Assembly (NCBI GenBank): GCA_965655095.1
Contig: OZ296659.1
Coordinates: forward strand, 70,928,001 to 70,992,000
Source of the DNA: Haplodiscus bocki
Taxonomy: Eukaryota
DNA length: 64,000 bases
Direction: 5' to 3'
The notes below the pieces were generated by a model, which was not told where the DNA came from, did no database searches, and worked only from the letters and a program-made list of their open reading frames with translations. Position 1 is the first letter of the stretch. Each line of letters starts with the position of its first letter. Below, piece by piece: positions 55,277-64,000 of this stretch. A program made the translations under genes and the position numbers.

Positions 55277-58200
55277 TCAATTCCATGGTATACTTTTAAT
55301 ATTATTTATATAACATCGTTTATCATCAAACAATGATAGTGTAGATTTTTTTACTTCTTGAAGAATCATTTCATGATTAATTGATCTTATAATATAATTA
55401 TTACATTCTCTTTGATAATCTCCACCAAATAAACAATTATAATATTCTTCAAATTTAATATGTTTTTATTGAGATTTTGAAATGCCTTTTGTTTTGTTTT
55501 TATTTTCATCATTGTTTTTACATTTAAACGAATAAGCTTTTGATCTTAAACAAACAAATTCATCTATCCAAATGCTTTTAGGAGTCTCAATTTTAAATCT
55601 ACCAATCACTTTTTTGTTTTTATTACTGAACAATTCATGATTTTCATCTAAGTTACTGAAATCAAAAATATCTTCTAAATTTTTTAAGTCTTTGATAATG
55701 TCTTTTGTTTTCATACTCAATATCATACCATCGGTATCAACATAATGTAATTGTAAATTTTCTTGTCCAAAATATGGTTGTAGTATATCATAATATGTTT
55801 CATACATATGTAATTTACTTAATTCCAAAATACTAAAACCAACATATATAGCTTTATCCATAACGATTTCATTTTTTTTATATGTGAAACTATAATAGTT
55901 TTCATATGTTTTTTGTATACCATTAAATGTTACTTTTCATTGTTGATCAACAATTTTTTTAATATTATCCTTTTTAATTAATTCTAACTCTAAACGATTG
56001 CGAACATTTTCCAAAAATTTGCCAAAAGCAGCATTAACAAGCAATTTAAAGAAGTCTTTTTCGAAATCATTTTTAGCTTTGTTTCGTTTTTGTGTATTAA
56101 AACTAATATAACCCTCCAACCATCTACTTTGTTTGAATGATATTATTTCATGAATTTTTTCAACTATCATACCATGTCTTACATAAAACTTTAACATTCT
56201 ATAATGAATAAGATACTTCTTTTTATCAGTCCAATCACATATTAACTTTTTAGATTTTGTATAGTTTTCTGGTTTTATAGTATTCATATATTCATTATAT
56301 TTATTTGGATCTATTTTTTTATTTTCTGGACAAAACGGAAAATACTTGGTTTTTTGTTTTATATTATCAGGATATTTTAGATCGACTTCAAGAAAATAAC
56401 CAATTTCACTATCGTCTGGTGTATTTAATATCTCTTCTAACCAATTCCAATACTTATCAGGATGACCATGCCAAATCTCGATTTCATCATAAGGTAAAAA
56501 TTGACTCATTGAATGACCATATAAATTAGTAGCATCAATATATAATATACTATTATCCTCATCTGATTTTACATAACGATCACCCATTACAGAGCTTATG
56601 CCTCCTCGTATATTATTCTCTATTAACAAAATCAGATCTTTATCTTGTAATGTTTGTAATTTGATATCAGTATATTTCAAAGCACATTGATATGTATAAC
56701 CTGGTAAACTCACACAATATAACGGATTAATCTTATATTCTTTGGTAGATACTTTTACAAATTTTTCAAAAGCATCAGCTAATAAAATAACATCAGTTTT
56801 ACAATATAATCTAGTTAATTGTTCTCCATCTTTGATATTGAATAGTTTAATAATTTCTTTAGTTCGTTCAATTTCATCATCATCGGGATAATCATTTTTT
56901 AATTTACTGAAGAAGTCTTCTTTTTTTAAATTATCAACAGGTTTTTTATAATCATCAATACTATTGAAATATTCATATGGGTATGCTAGTTTTTTATTTA
57001 AATATTGCCATTGGTCAGGAAATTCTTTTTTCAGAATTTTAAAGTCATCCTCATCCAAATTTTTAACTAATTTATCCAAACTCTCTGATAGGAAACGATA
57101 ACTATCAATAAATCTAATACAACCATATTTAACTGAAATATATTCTTCGTTTGTTTTAGGTATAATTTTAAATTTTACTTTATCTTTTTTTAAATCAACC
57201 AACTTTTTAAAAAACATATGACAATCGTAATTACTGAAATTATGAAAAGCAAATGGTATAAAATTACTATCTTTCTGTTTAAGGTTTATATTACAAGTGT
57301 TATGTGCCGATCCTCTGTATTTTCCTGTTAAATGGCAATGATCACGAACCTTATCAGATAATATTTCTTTTTCACAAAATAGACAAATATTATTGTTTTT
57401 AAAATCTTCTTCATTTTCTTTTGTCATAATGATATCTTTTTTAGTGTTTTTAAAATAGAAGGTCATTTTATTTTCTAATTTTATAACTTCTTTAACAAAC
57501 CAATCAACATTATTATATCCTAGGGGAGATTCGTAATAACCACTTTCTAAAACATCTTTCAATTCAGATATTATATAATATCCATTAAGTACAGGATTCT
57601 GTTTGTATATGTTGGTTGTTTTGTTTCCTATCTTAGAATTATCTTTTTCATTATCGGCTTCGAAATCGGCGATAATCCTAAAATATAATGGATTTTTATG
57701 AAAGTGTTTTTTCCAATACAGATGTGATTCATTTGATGTTCTTATAGTACAAATATTATCATCTTCACATTTTTCTTTATGATTAGTTAAAGCATTTTCA
57801 AACGTATAAGAATTTAAACACCGTCTACATACAAAACTTTTGTGATGATCTCCTAAAAATACATGCAATTTCTTAATGAGTGCATAATGATTTTTATAGA
57901 TTAATAAATCAACAAATTTATCTGAATCATTTTTACTGATTTCGATGGGTATTAAATTATGCTTCCATTTATCCCCATCTTGATAGAAGTTCAATTCATA
58001 TATATTTACAGATAAATTATTTAATTCATTAAATTTGTGAACATCACTACATTTGAAACCATTTGTAAAATCAAAACTTTGAAAGTTTAATTCATTAAAA
58101 TATTGTATATAATTGTTTACTCTTGATGGATGCGTATTTTCACAAGGATGAAGACCAGCCAAAATTGACCAAATAAAACAAAATTTATCATTATTTTGAA

Positions 58201-58945
58201 TATTTAAGATAGCATTTGATCTCAATGGAATCTTAACATAAGAAGTACCGTCTAATTCTGTGGTTTTATAAAATGATATTTTCATTGAGTTAATTTTATC
58301 AAATATCCATCCAGAGTCTTTTGTTTCTTGTATCTGAATTTGGTGTTCTAATTGAGATCTAACGTCAATGTTATCAATATCAGATTCTGTTAAATTTTTA
58401 TTAATTTTCAAGTTTATATATAATTCAATTTCATTATCTCTCTGATCTTCTTCATTAATTTTATAAAAGCTTGCTGAAAATAATGTGTGATATTTAAATT
58501 TATATTGATTTATTAATCGAGAATAAATAACAGATAATTCTTTTACGATTCCATTAATATATCTATATTCAATACCAATATCAGGATATTTACATGTAAT
58601 AGTCAAAATAGAATTTGCATGACTAATATTATGACTGTCTAAATTAATTTTTAAACCATTTTTTAAATTTCTATCAATAAAATAATATGGATTTATCATC
58701 ATTTTAGCAAATTCTTTATCATCTAATTTAATTTTTTCTCTTGCTAATTGTTTTAATGTTTTAGGGTTATATACTTTTTGTGTTTTTTTCTTAATAGGTG
58801 TTTTTTCTTCTTTAAAAAACCATTCTGGTATAATCATTTCATTTTGTTCTAATTTTTCTAAATGTTTTTTACTTCTCAAATGTTTTTGCATAGATGCTCT
58901 GTGTACATCAACATTACAAATTTCACATGTGCGGCTGTTTTCCAT
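55277..58945 (-). pseudogene. polB: Protein-primed family B DNA polymerase (pPolB), 1222 codons, interrupted by two in-frame stops (TGA 55937-55939, TAA 55466-55468)
   Basis: ExoI ADFE, ExoII FHNFSNYD, ExoIII YCKTDV; motif A YIDATNLYG, motif B KLLVNAAFGK, motif C YVDTDG (in the downstream 131-aa piece). The frame continues through both stops to ...DDKRCYINNIKSIPWN* at 55277. Confidence 0.93.
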
Positions 58946-59014
58946 TTTGCGTCCTATTTATATAGTATTATTTTATTGAAATGAAAACACTTCAATTAAA
59001 AATATAATAAATAA
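58946..59014. promoter_or_regulatory. Putative bidirectional promoter between polB and the 104-aa/integrase genes
   Basis: 69-bp AT-rich spacer between divergent starts, with TATATAAATAG on the minus strand just upstream of the polB ATG and TAAATAAATG at the plus-strand start. Confidence 0.45.
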
Positions 59015-59329
59015 ATGGAGAGTAAAATTTGCACTCAATGTAATATTGAAAAAGATATCAACAACTTTTACAAAAAATATACAGAATGTATAGACTGTAA
59101 CCGTGCAAGAGGACTAAAACGATATTATGCGAATAAAGATAAAATATCAAATCAACAAAAACTTTATTATGAAAAAAATAGGGATAGAATTTTATTACAG
59201 AAACAAAATAATAGAAGTATTCAATTTAGAGACTTAGTTATATCTTATATTGAATTAGAAAACAGATTAAAAACATTAGAAGAAAAATTGAATGTTTACA
59301 AAAATATAAATGACTCAGAAAAACATTAA
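59015..59329 (+). CDS. Small CxxC-x15-CxxC zinc-binding, basic/coiled-coil protein (104 aa)
   Basis: CTQC...CIDC, basic helix and heptad-like tail (LENRLKTLEEKL). TAAATG start; overlaps the integrase start by 20 nt. Confidence 0.75.
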   Translation: MESKICTQCNIEKDINNFYKKYTECIDCNRARGLKRYYANKDKISNQQKLYYEKNRDRILLQKQNNRSIQFRDLVISYIELENRLKTLEEKLNVYKNINDSEKH

Positions 59330-60161
59330 AATTTTTATAAACGAAATTTATTCCAAACCACCAAAAAAGAATTATATTACAAACAAAACAGATGTTTTTT
59401 ATATTGATGATACTTGGAGTTTAGATATTCTCGATCTCAAAGATTATGGTCCTGAAAATAATAGAGGGTACAGATATGTCCTTGTCACCATAGATAATTT
59501 CTCAAAATTTGGTTGGACAATACCTCTCAAAAATAAAAATGCTCAAACAATAAAAGACTCTTTCGAAAATATTTCGACAAATTCCAAAAGAAAACCAAAT
59601 TTAATCGAATCAGACAGAGGTAAAGAATTTTATAATAATATGTTTCAAGACTTCTTGAATAAAAACAATATCAAACTCTATTCTAGAAATAGTTCATATG
59701 GTGCTGTTTATGCAGAAAGATTTAATAGAACAATCAGAGATCTACTTAAAAAGATCGTTTTCGAACAAGGTGATGCAAAATGGATTGATATTTTACCTAC
59801 GATAACAAAACAATATAATAACAGAAGACATACATCAACAAAACTATCCCCAAAAGATGCTTCTCTAAAAAAGAATGAAGGATTCGTTTACAAAAATTTA
59901 TTAGACAAACGTAAAAAAGTAAAACCAAAATATGAAATAGGTGATTTAGTTAGAACAGCAGATTTAAAGAAGACTTTTTCAAAAGGAGACACAACTAATT
60001 GGTCTTATAAAATGTATAAAATAACAGAAATAATTAATGATACAATACCGAGTTATAAAATCGATAATTTAAAAGAAAGATATAACGAATCATTACTAAA
60101 AAAGACAGAGTTAACAATGAAAGAAAACAATGCAGTCATGAAAAAATTGAATTTAAACTAG
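59310..60161 (+). CDS. int: Polinton retroviral-like DDE integrase (rve), 283 aa
   Basis: WSLDILDL (D), YVLVTIDNFSKF, IESDRGKEF (D), AERFNRTIR (E), YNNRRHT, GDLVR...FSKG..TNWS. The frame is intact. Confidence 0.95.
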   Translation: MTQKNIKIFINEIYSKPPKKNYITNKTDVFYIDDTWSLDILDLKDYGPENNRGYRYVLVTIDNFSKFGWTIPLKNKNAQTIKDSFENISTNSKRKPNLIESDRGKEFYNNMFQDFLNKNNIKLYSRNSSYGAVYAERFNRTIRDLLKKIVFEQGDAKWIDILPTITKQYNNRRHTSTKLSPKDASLKKNEGFVYKNLLDKRKKVKPKYEIGDLVRTADLKKTFSKGDTTNWSYKMYKITEIINDTIPSYKIDNLKERYNESLLKKTELTMKENNAVMKKLNLN

Positions 60162-61403
60162 GTCAAGCATACGTTGTCCATCAGAGCTTATGCTTACTAA
60201 TCTATTTGTCAAAACCAGAGCATAGCCATATACTCCTACAGGTACTATTTTATCCAATTTAAATTCAATTTTTACTGATTGACCAGATTGATAATCTTTC
60301 TGATATCGTATATCGAAAACATGTATGTTATAACCAATATTATTATCATTATTATCTGATCTAAAATCATCTTCAGATATATATGATTGAAGAATGTTAT
60401 CTTTTGTGAGAGCTCTGAAAGCTTCTTTTATCTGACCATATCCTTGAGAATAATCATCATCGTCATAATTTAATAAAATAGCACTATCAGGATATTTTTC
60501 TGTTCCAATAATGCATTGAGCTGATGTTACGGGCATTCTATAAAAAGTATCGTTGTTCAATGTCTGATCATGTTGTCTGTCGTGTTGTTGGAAAGCTACA
60601 TATATCCATATAGGGACGTTAACTCCTTCTTGGGTACCTAGTTCAAAAGTCCAAAAATTTTGAGTATTGACTTCTTTCATGAAAACAGATCTTTCGGGAT
60701 AAAAAAGGTTTGTGGATGTTTTTTGTTTAAGTTGAATCTGTAATTTATTATATTCTTCAAGACTCGGAATGTAATGAGGAACATACCATTCTATTCCATT
60801 GATAACAATTTTAGCATTGTTGGTTGCGTTATTTTTATTCAAAACAGCATTTTCAGTATTTCTTGTTAGTGTTAATCGATAAGAAAGACCAAAAGTACCT
60901 GTTTCTTGATATTCAGCAAAACCGAAAACATCTTTTAGAAAAATTCTAAGATGAAATCTACCTTTCTGAGTTTTATTATCAAGCAATTCTCGTTTTCTCT
61001 TATCTCTACTACGATCGAAACCAATGGACAAATCATCACTATCTCTACTCGAAGATAATAACTTATACATTAAAGAAACAATGTGAGCATGGTCTATATT
61101 TTCCAAATGTTTACCTGAACTAGTTGTTAATTTATAGTTACTAAAAAGAGCAATTGGTCCAAGGTTGATTAACCGTATGTCATCAGCATCTGCATATCTG
61201 TTACTAGTAGCAGCTTTTAATACATCAAAATTTATTTCAATATAACTATTTAACAAACTAATAACACTATCTTCTCTAGGTATATTGATATATATCTGAG
61301 AATTAGGAGTGTTTATTGTACTAATTTCCGATGGACTATATCGTATATAATCACATTTCAAAATTTTTCTATTGATTTCATATTTTTCACTTAGTTTAAA
61401 CAT
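60153..61403 (-). CDS. Major capsid protein, double jelly-roll type (416 aa)
   Basis: Size, beta-rich alternating pattern and segments typical of Polinton MCPs (IPLK-like IFLKDVFGFAEY, LTLTRN, IEWYVPHY, PIWIYVAFQ). It lies in the same-strand block with the ATPase. The frame is intact. Confidence 0.8.
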   Translation of the reverse strand: MFKLSEKYEINRKILKCDYIRYSPSEISTINTPNSQIYINIPREDSVISLLNSYIEINFDVLKAATSNRYADADDIRLINLGPIALFSNYKLTTSSGKHLENIDHAHIVSLMYKLLSSSRDSDDLSIGFDRSRDKRKRELLDNKTQKGRFHLRIFLKDVFGFAEYQETGTFGLSYRLTLTRNTENAVLNKNNATNNAKIVINGIEWYVPHYIPSLEEYNKLQIQLKQKTSTNLFYPERSVFMKEVNTQNFWTFELGTQEGVNVPIWIYVAFQQHDRQHDQTLNNDTFYRMPVTSAQCIIGTEKYPDSAILLNYDDDDYSQGYGQIKEAFRALTKDNILQSYISEDDFRSDNNDNNIGYNIHVFDIRYQKDYQSGQSVKIEFKLDKIVPVGVYGYALVLTNRLVSISSDGQRMLDLV

Positions 61404-61493
61404 TTAAAATGTAAAAAAAAAACATGAATACATACTATTATACTTGTACATATACCTATGTATACTTACAAAGATATGGGTAATTATGCTTGT

Positions 61494-62345
61494 TTATTTG
61501 TTTAATAGATTACATTTAATTAAAATTTGTTTGTGTTGTTTCTTAGATATACATTTGTATTCTAATAATTTATCAACTATAGCAAATATTTCATCGTTAA
61601 TTATATCAGAATTATTACCAGCATGTTTTTCTTGTAATAATAACTTCAACCTATCACAAAGTTCATTAGGATCAGAGGATAGAATTAATGTTTTTGAGAT
61701 ACCAGAAGCCATGATAGCTGGTTGATCAAGTAGTCTAATCATTGAATTGTGTCTGACACTCGGTCGTCCTGTGCTTTTGGTATCATAGTTCATTTCTTTC
61801 GCAAATTTATAAATTATTTTTCGATCTTGTTGATTAGAATGATCTACATTGAATTTATGATTTGTTATCACTTTCAAAAGATCTCCTTCTAGTCTAAAAG
61901 TTTTGTCAGTATCTCGAAAAGTTATCATATTACTAAATATAGTAACTGGTATTTTTCCATGAATTAAAAAATTATTCAATTTAGTTGAATCAGGATCTTT
62001 TCTTAGTCTAAATTGACTTTTATTATCTTTTTTAAATACTTCTACTAGAGATGAAGCTAGATATGAGGTTATCATACCTTTTTCATCCATCAATTCTAAA
62101 ATTTTTTCGTTTAAATTTTCTATTGCTTTGTTATTATTAATAGAATTTTCCGTTAAAGTTCTTGTTATTTTTTCAGAAGTATTTTTTAATTCATCAGTCA
62201 TTGGTTTAAAAAATTTATTTATATCTTCATGATAGTTTTGATCACCAAGCTTATTTTGTAATCTAACTTCTTGTACTTGATTTTGTAACAAGACTGCATC
62301 GTTTAAAATTTTTAAATCTTCTCTATTTTTAATCGGAAACAACAT
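61494..62345 (-). CDS. Conserved Polinton hypothetical protein (283 aa)
   Basis: N-terminal FKPMTDEL coiled-coil and C-terminal DPNELCDRLKLLLQEKHAGNN...EI helical motif, which I recognise from Polinton ORFs. Function unknown. Confidence 0.75.
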   Translation of the reverse strand: MLFPIKNREDLKILNDAVLLQNQVQEVRLQNKLGDQNYHEDINKFFKPMTDELKNTSEKITRTLTENSINNNKAIENLNEKILELMDEKGMITSYLASSLVEVFKKDNKSQFRLRKDPDSTKLNNFLIHGKIPVTIFSNMITFRDTDKTFRLEGDLLKVITNHKFNVDHSNQQDRKIIYKFAKEMNYDTKSTGRPSVRHNSMIRLLDQPAIMASGISKTLILSSDPNELCDRLKLLLQEKHAGNNSDIINDEIFAIVDKLLEYKCISKKQHKQILIKCNLLNK

Positions 62346-62350
62346 TTATT

Positions 62351-63109
62351 TTAATCAAAAGGGTTAGTTTCACAAATACATTCAATAAATGTGGTTTTAC
62401 TTTCGTTAAAAATACAATATTTACCTTCGTTTTTATTTTTAGTCATATCAATACAGAGATAGTTATATTTTTCATCCCAAGCTTTATGACACATTTCTTT
62501 GAATTCATCATATTTCATATCATAGGCTCCGATATCATAATACATACTTTGAACATCTCTCAATGTTTGTTTAAAGAGAATTAATCTATCACTATTATTT
62601 CTAATGCTTTGTCTTGGTAAAGCGAAATAACTCTGACTAATGTAATATACATCTATATCCTCATGTCTTCCTCTCGTGAAAAATTCATCTATTTGAGAAC
62701 TATTTTTAGCTCCCAACATATCGTCAAAAATAACAACCGATCCTTTGTATTTGTTTATTGGTTTAATTTCGTTGCTTGTTTTATAATTAGGATATTGATT
62801 GGGAGATCGAGTTATTATATGAATCGGTCTTTGGTTACCTATTTTTTCAAGTACTTTAAGCATATAATAAGTTTTACCTACGTTACTGGGGCCAATAACA
62901 ACATGACGATGGTTTTCATATGTTGAAGTATCATTGTTAACGTTTTCAATATTTGGTTGATGGTAAGAAGTATTATTTTTATTTGGAGTTAAAGTGTTAA
63001 TATTGTTATTTCTTCTACTTATATTATAACAGCTTTTACAAACAGTTCTATCTTTTTTATAATTATTTTCATCTATCGTTATGTTACATACACTACAATT
63101 CCGATTCAT
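62351..63109 (-). CDS. Genome-packaging ATPase (A32/FtsK-HerA-like) with N-terminal CxxC-x15-CxxC module
   Basis: Walker A GPSNVGKT, Walker B VVIFDD, arginine motif FTRGRH and YISQSYF...IRNN. Confidence 0.92.
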   Translation of the reverse strand: MNRNCSVCNITIDENNYKKDRTVCKSCYNISRRNNNINTLTPNKNNTSYHQPNIENVNNDTSTYENHRHVVIGPSNVGKTYYMLKVLEKIGNQRPIHIITRSPNQYPNYKTSNEIKPINKYKGSVVIFDDMLGAKNSSQIDEFFTRGRHEDIDVYYISQSYFALPRQSIRNNSDRLILFKQTLRDVQSMYYDIGAYDMKYDEFKEMCHKAWDEKYNYLCIDMTKNKNEGKYCIFNESKTTFIECICETNPFD

Positions 63110-63135
63110 TTAATAAACAGAACAATTCATATTAT

Positions 63136-63210
63136 CAGAACAGAACAGAACAGAACAGAACAGAACAGAACAGAACAGAACAGAACAGAACAGAACAGAG
63201 CAGAACAGAT
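63136..63210 (+). repeat. (CAGAA)15 microsatellite
   Basis: Pentanucleotide run with two variant units (CAGAG, CAGAT), 27 bp upstream of the ATPase ATG. Confidence 0.98.
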
Positions 63211-63305
63211 CAGTTATTATTAAACATAAACGTTTTTTTAAGTTCTAGGTTGAAATTTTAATTTATTATGACTAAAAAAGTTTAATTTTATTTTTATATT
63301 CATAT

Positions 63306-63839
63306 TTATAAAAAAGATTCATTTTTGTTTTCATCTACATATCTAGTAAAAATATTACATAAACTATCTTATTCAGTTTTATTGATTACATTATCTTGTA
63401 AAGATTTTCTGTATAATTTATCAAAGGATTTAATAGTATTTTGATCTCTTTCATATAGTTTTTTGTATTTATTGTATTTGTTTAAGATTAATTTATGTAA
63501 TACTTTATTACCTAATGATAGAGCACAAGCGATACCAGCTGATATTGGTAATACAATCAATCCTATACCTATAATTGATAGAGTTATCGAAGTCGAAGTA
63601 GCTCCGATGATTACGATACTGTCTACTGATTCTAATACTGTGTTTAATGTTTTGTAATTTTTATATTTCTTTTTAGATTTGTGGTTTTCGTCTTTGAAAT
63701 AATTTATCATTTCTTTAATATTATTAATATGGTTATTAAAACTATTTACATCATTTATTTTCTTCTCTAACCGTTTTTCTAAATCAATATTTTCTAATAA
63801 TGGTGCAGTGGGATATAGTTTATCTGTTTTTGCTTCCAT
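63306..63839 (-). CDS. Polinton small membrane protein (hydrophobic hairpin); 156 aa to TAA at 63369-63371, probably a premature stop in a 177-codon gene
   Basis: N-terminal LYPTAPLL, basic helix, long G/A/S/I-rich hydrophobic stretch and basic tail. After the TAA the frame continues DSLCNIFTRYVDENKNESFL* to 63306. Confidence 0.75.
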
Positions 63840-63853
63840 TTATATAACATAAA

Positions 63854-64000
63854 TTATGAAAATCTAGGTAAGTATAAGCCTTTGCCGGTGTGATAGAAAT
63901 TAATTACTTCGGGCAATGTGGATAATGCTGCTTTTGGACTTTTGGTTGCGGCTGCTGTGGCAATGTTTGAAGTAATTTCCAAAGCTCTTCCTGGATTTTT
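63854..64000 (-). CDS. 3' end of a further Polinton ORF truncated by the window edge (possible virion core protein)
   Basis: Open frame KNPGRALEITSNIATAAATKSPKAALSTLPEVINFYHTGKGLYLPRFS* ending at 63854, Ala-rich with a terminal GKGLYL motif. Not in the supplied ORF track. Confidence 0.7.
   Translation of the reverse strand, partial: KNPGRALEITSNIATAAATKSPKAALSTLPEVINFYHTGKGLYLPRFS

Larger units (their letters stand above)
53404..64000. mobile_element. Polinton/Maverick (adintovirus-like endogenous DNA virus), left portion; continues beyond the window
   Basis: Begins AGTAGT (Polinton-type terminus). A repeat-rich terminal region is followed by pPolB, retroviral-like integrase, DJR capsid protein and A32-like ATPase in a compact, intronless, very AT-rich block. 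Confidence 0.95.

Noticed and set aside
55466-55861. 131-aa ORF as a separate gene
   Set aside because: It is in frame with polB, contains its motif C and is bounded by two nonsense codons.
56305-63657. Short plus-strand ORFs 56305, 61444, 62663 and 63463
   Set aside because: Antisense shadows of real minus-strand Polinton genes.

Overview
AT-rich eukaryotic (metazoan-like) repeat-dominated DNA with no recognisable host gene, rRNA, tRNA or CRISPR array. (1) 1-4.7 kb: decayed mobile-element debris, including a ~500-bp imperfect inverted-repeat pair (~20-545 / ~4020-4510) and a 241-bp MITE. (2) 4,788-~44,320: a ~39.5-kb macrosatellite of 30 complete ~1,298-bp units plus a partial 31st. It has nested 5-mer, 2-mer and 1-mer duplications and two sequence subfamilies. 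Hand translation suggests the unit is the decayed 5' part of a BEL/Pao LTR-retrotransposon gag gene. (3) 44.3-53.4 kb: an N gap, degenerate repeats, Helitron-like 3' ends and a CATG-rich MITE. (4) 53,404 to the window end: the left part of an integrated Polinton/Maverick (adintovirus-like) element starting AGTAGT. It carries a protein-primed PolB broken by two in-frame stops, an intact integrase, a double-jelly-roll capsid protein, a packaging ATPase and small ORFs. The most interesting points are the gag-derived macrosatellite, a Polinton membrane protein with overlapping LYPxnL/PTAP late-domain motifs, and a poxvirus-late-like TAAATG start context on 7 of 8 Polinton genes. All homology calls come from motif recognition by eye; no search was run.
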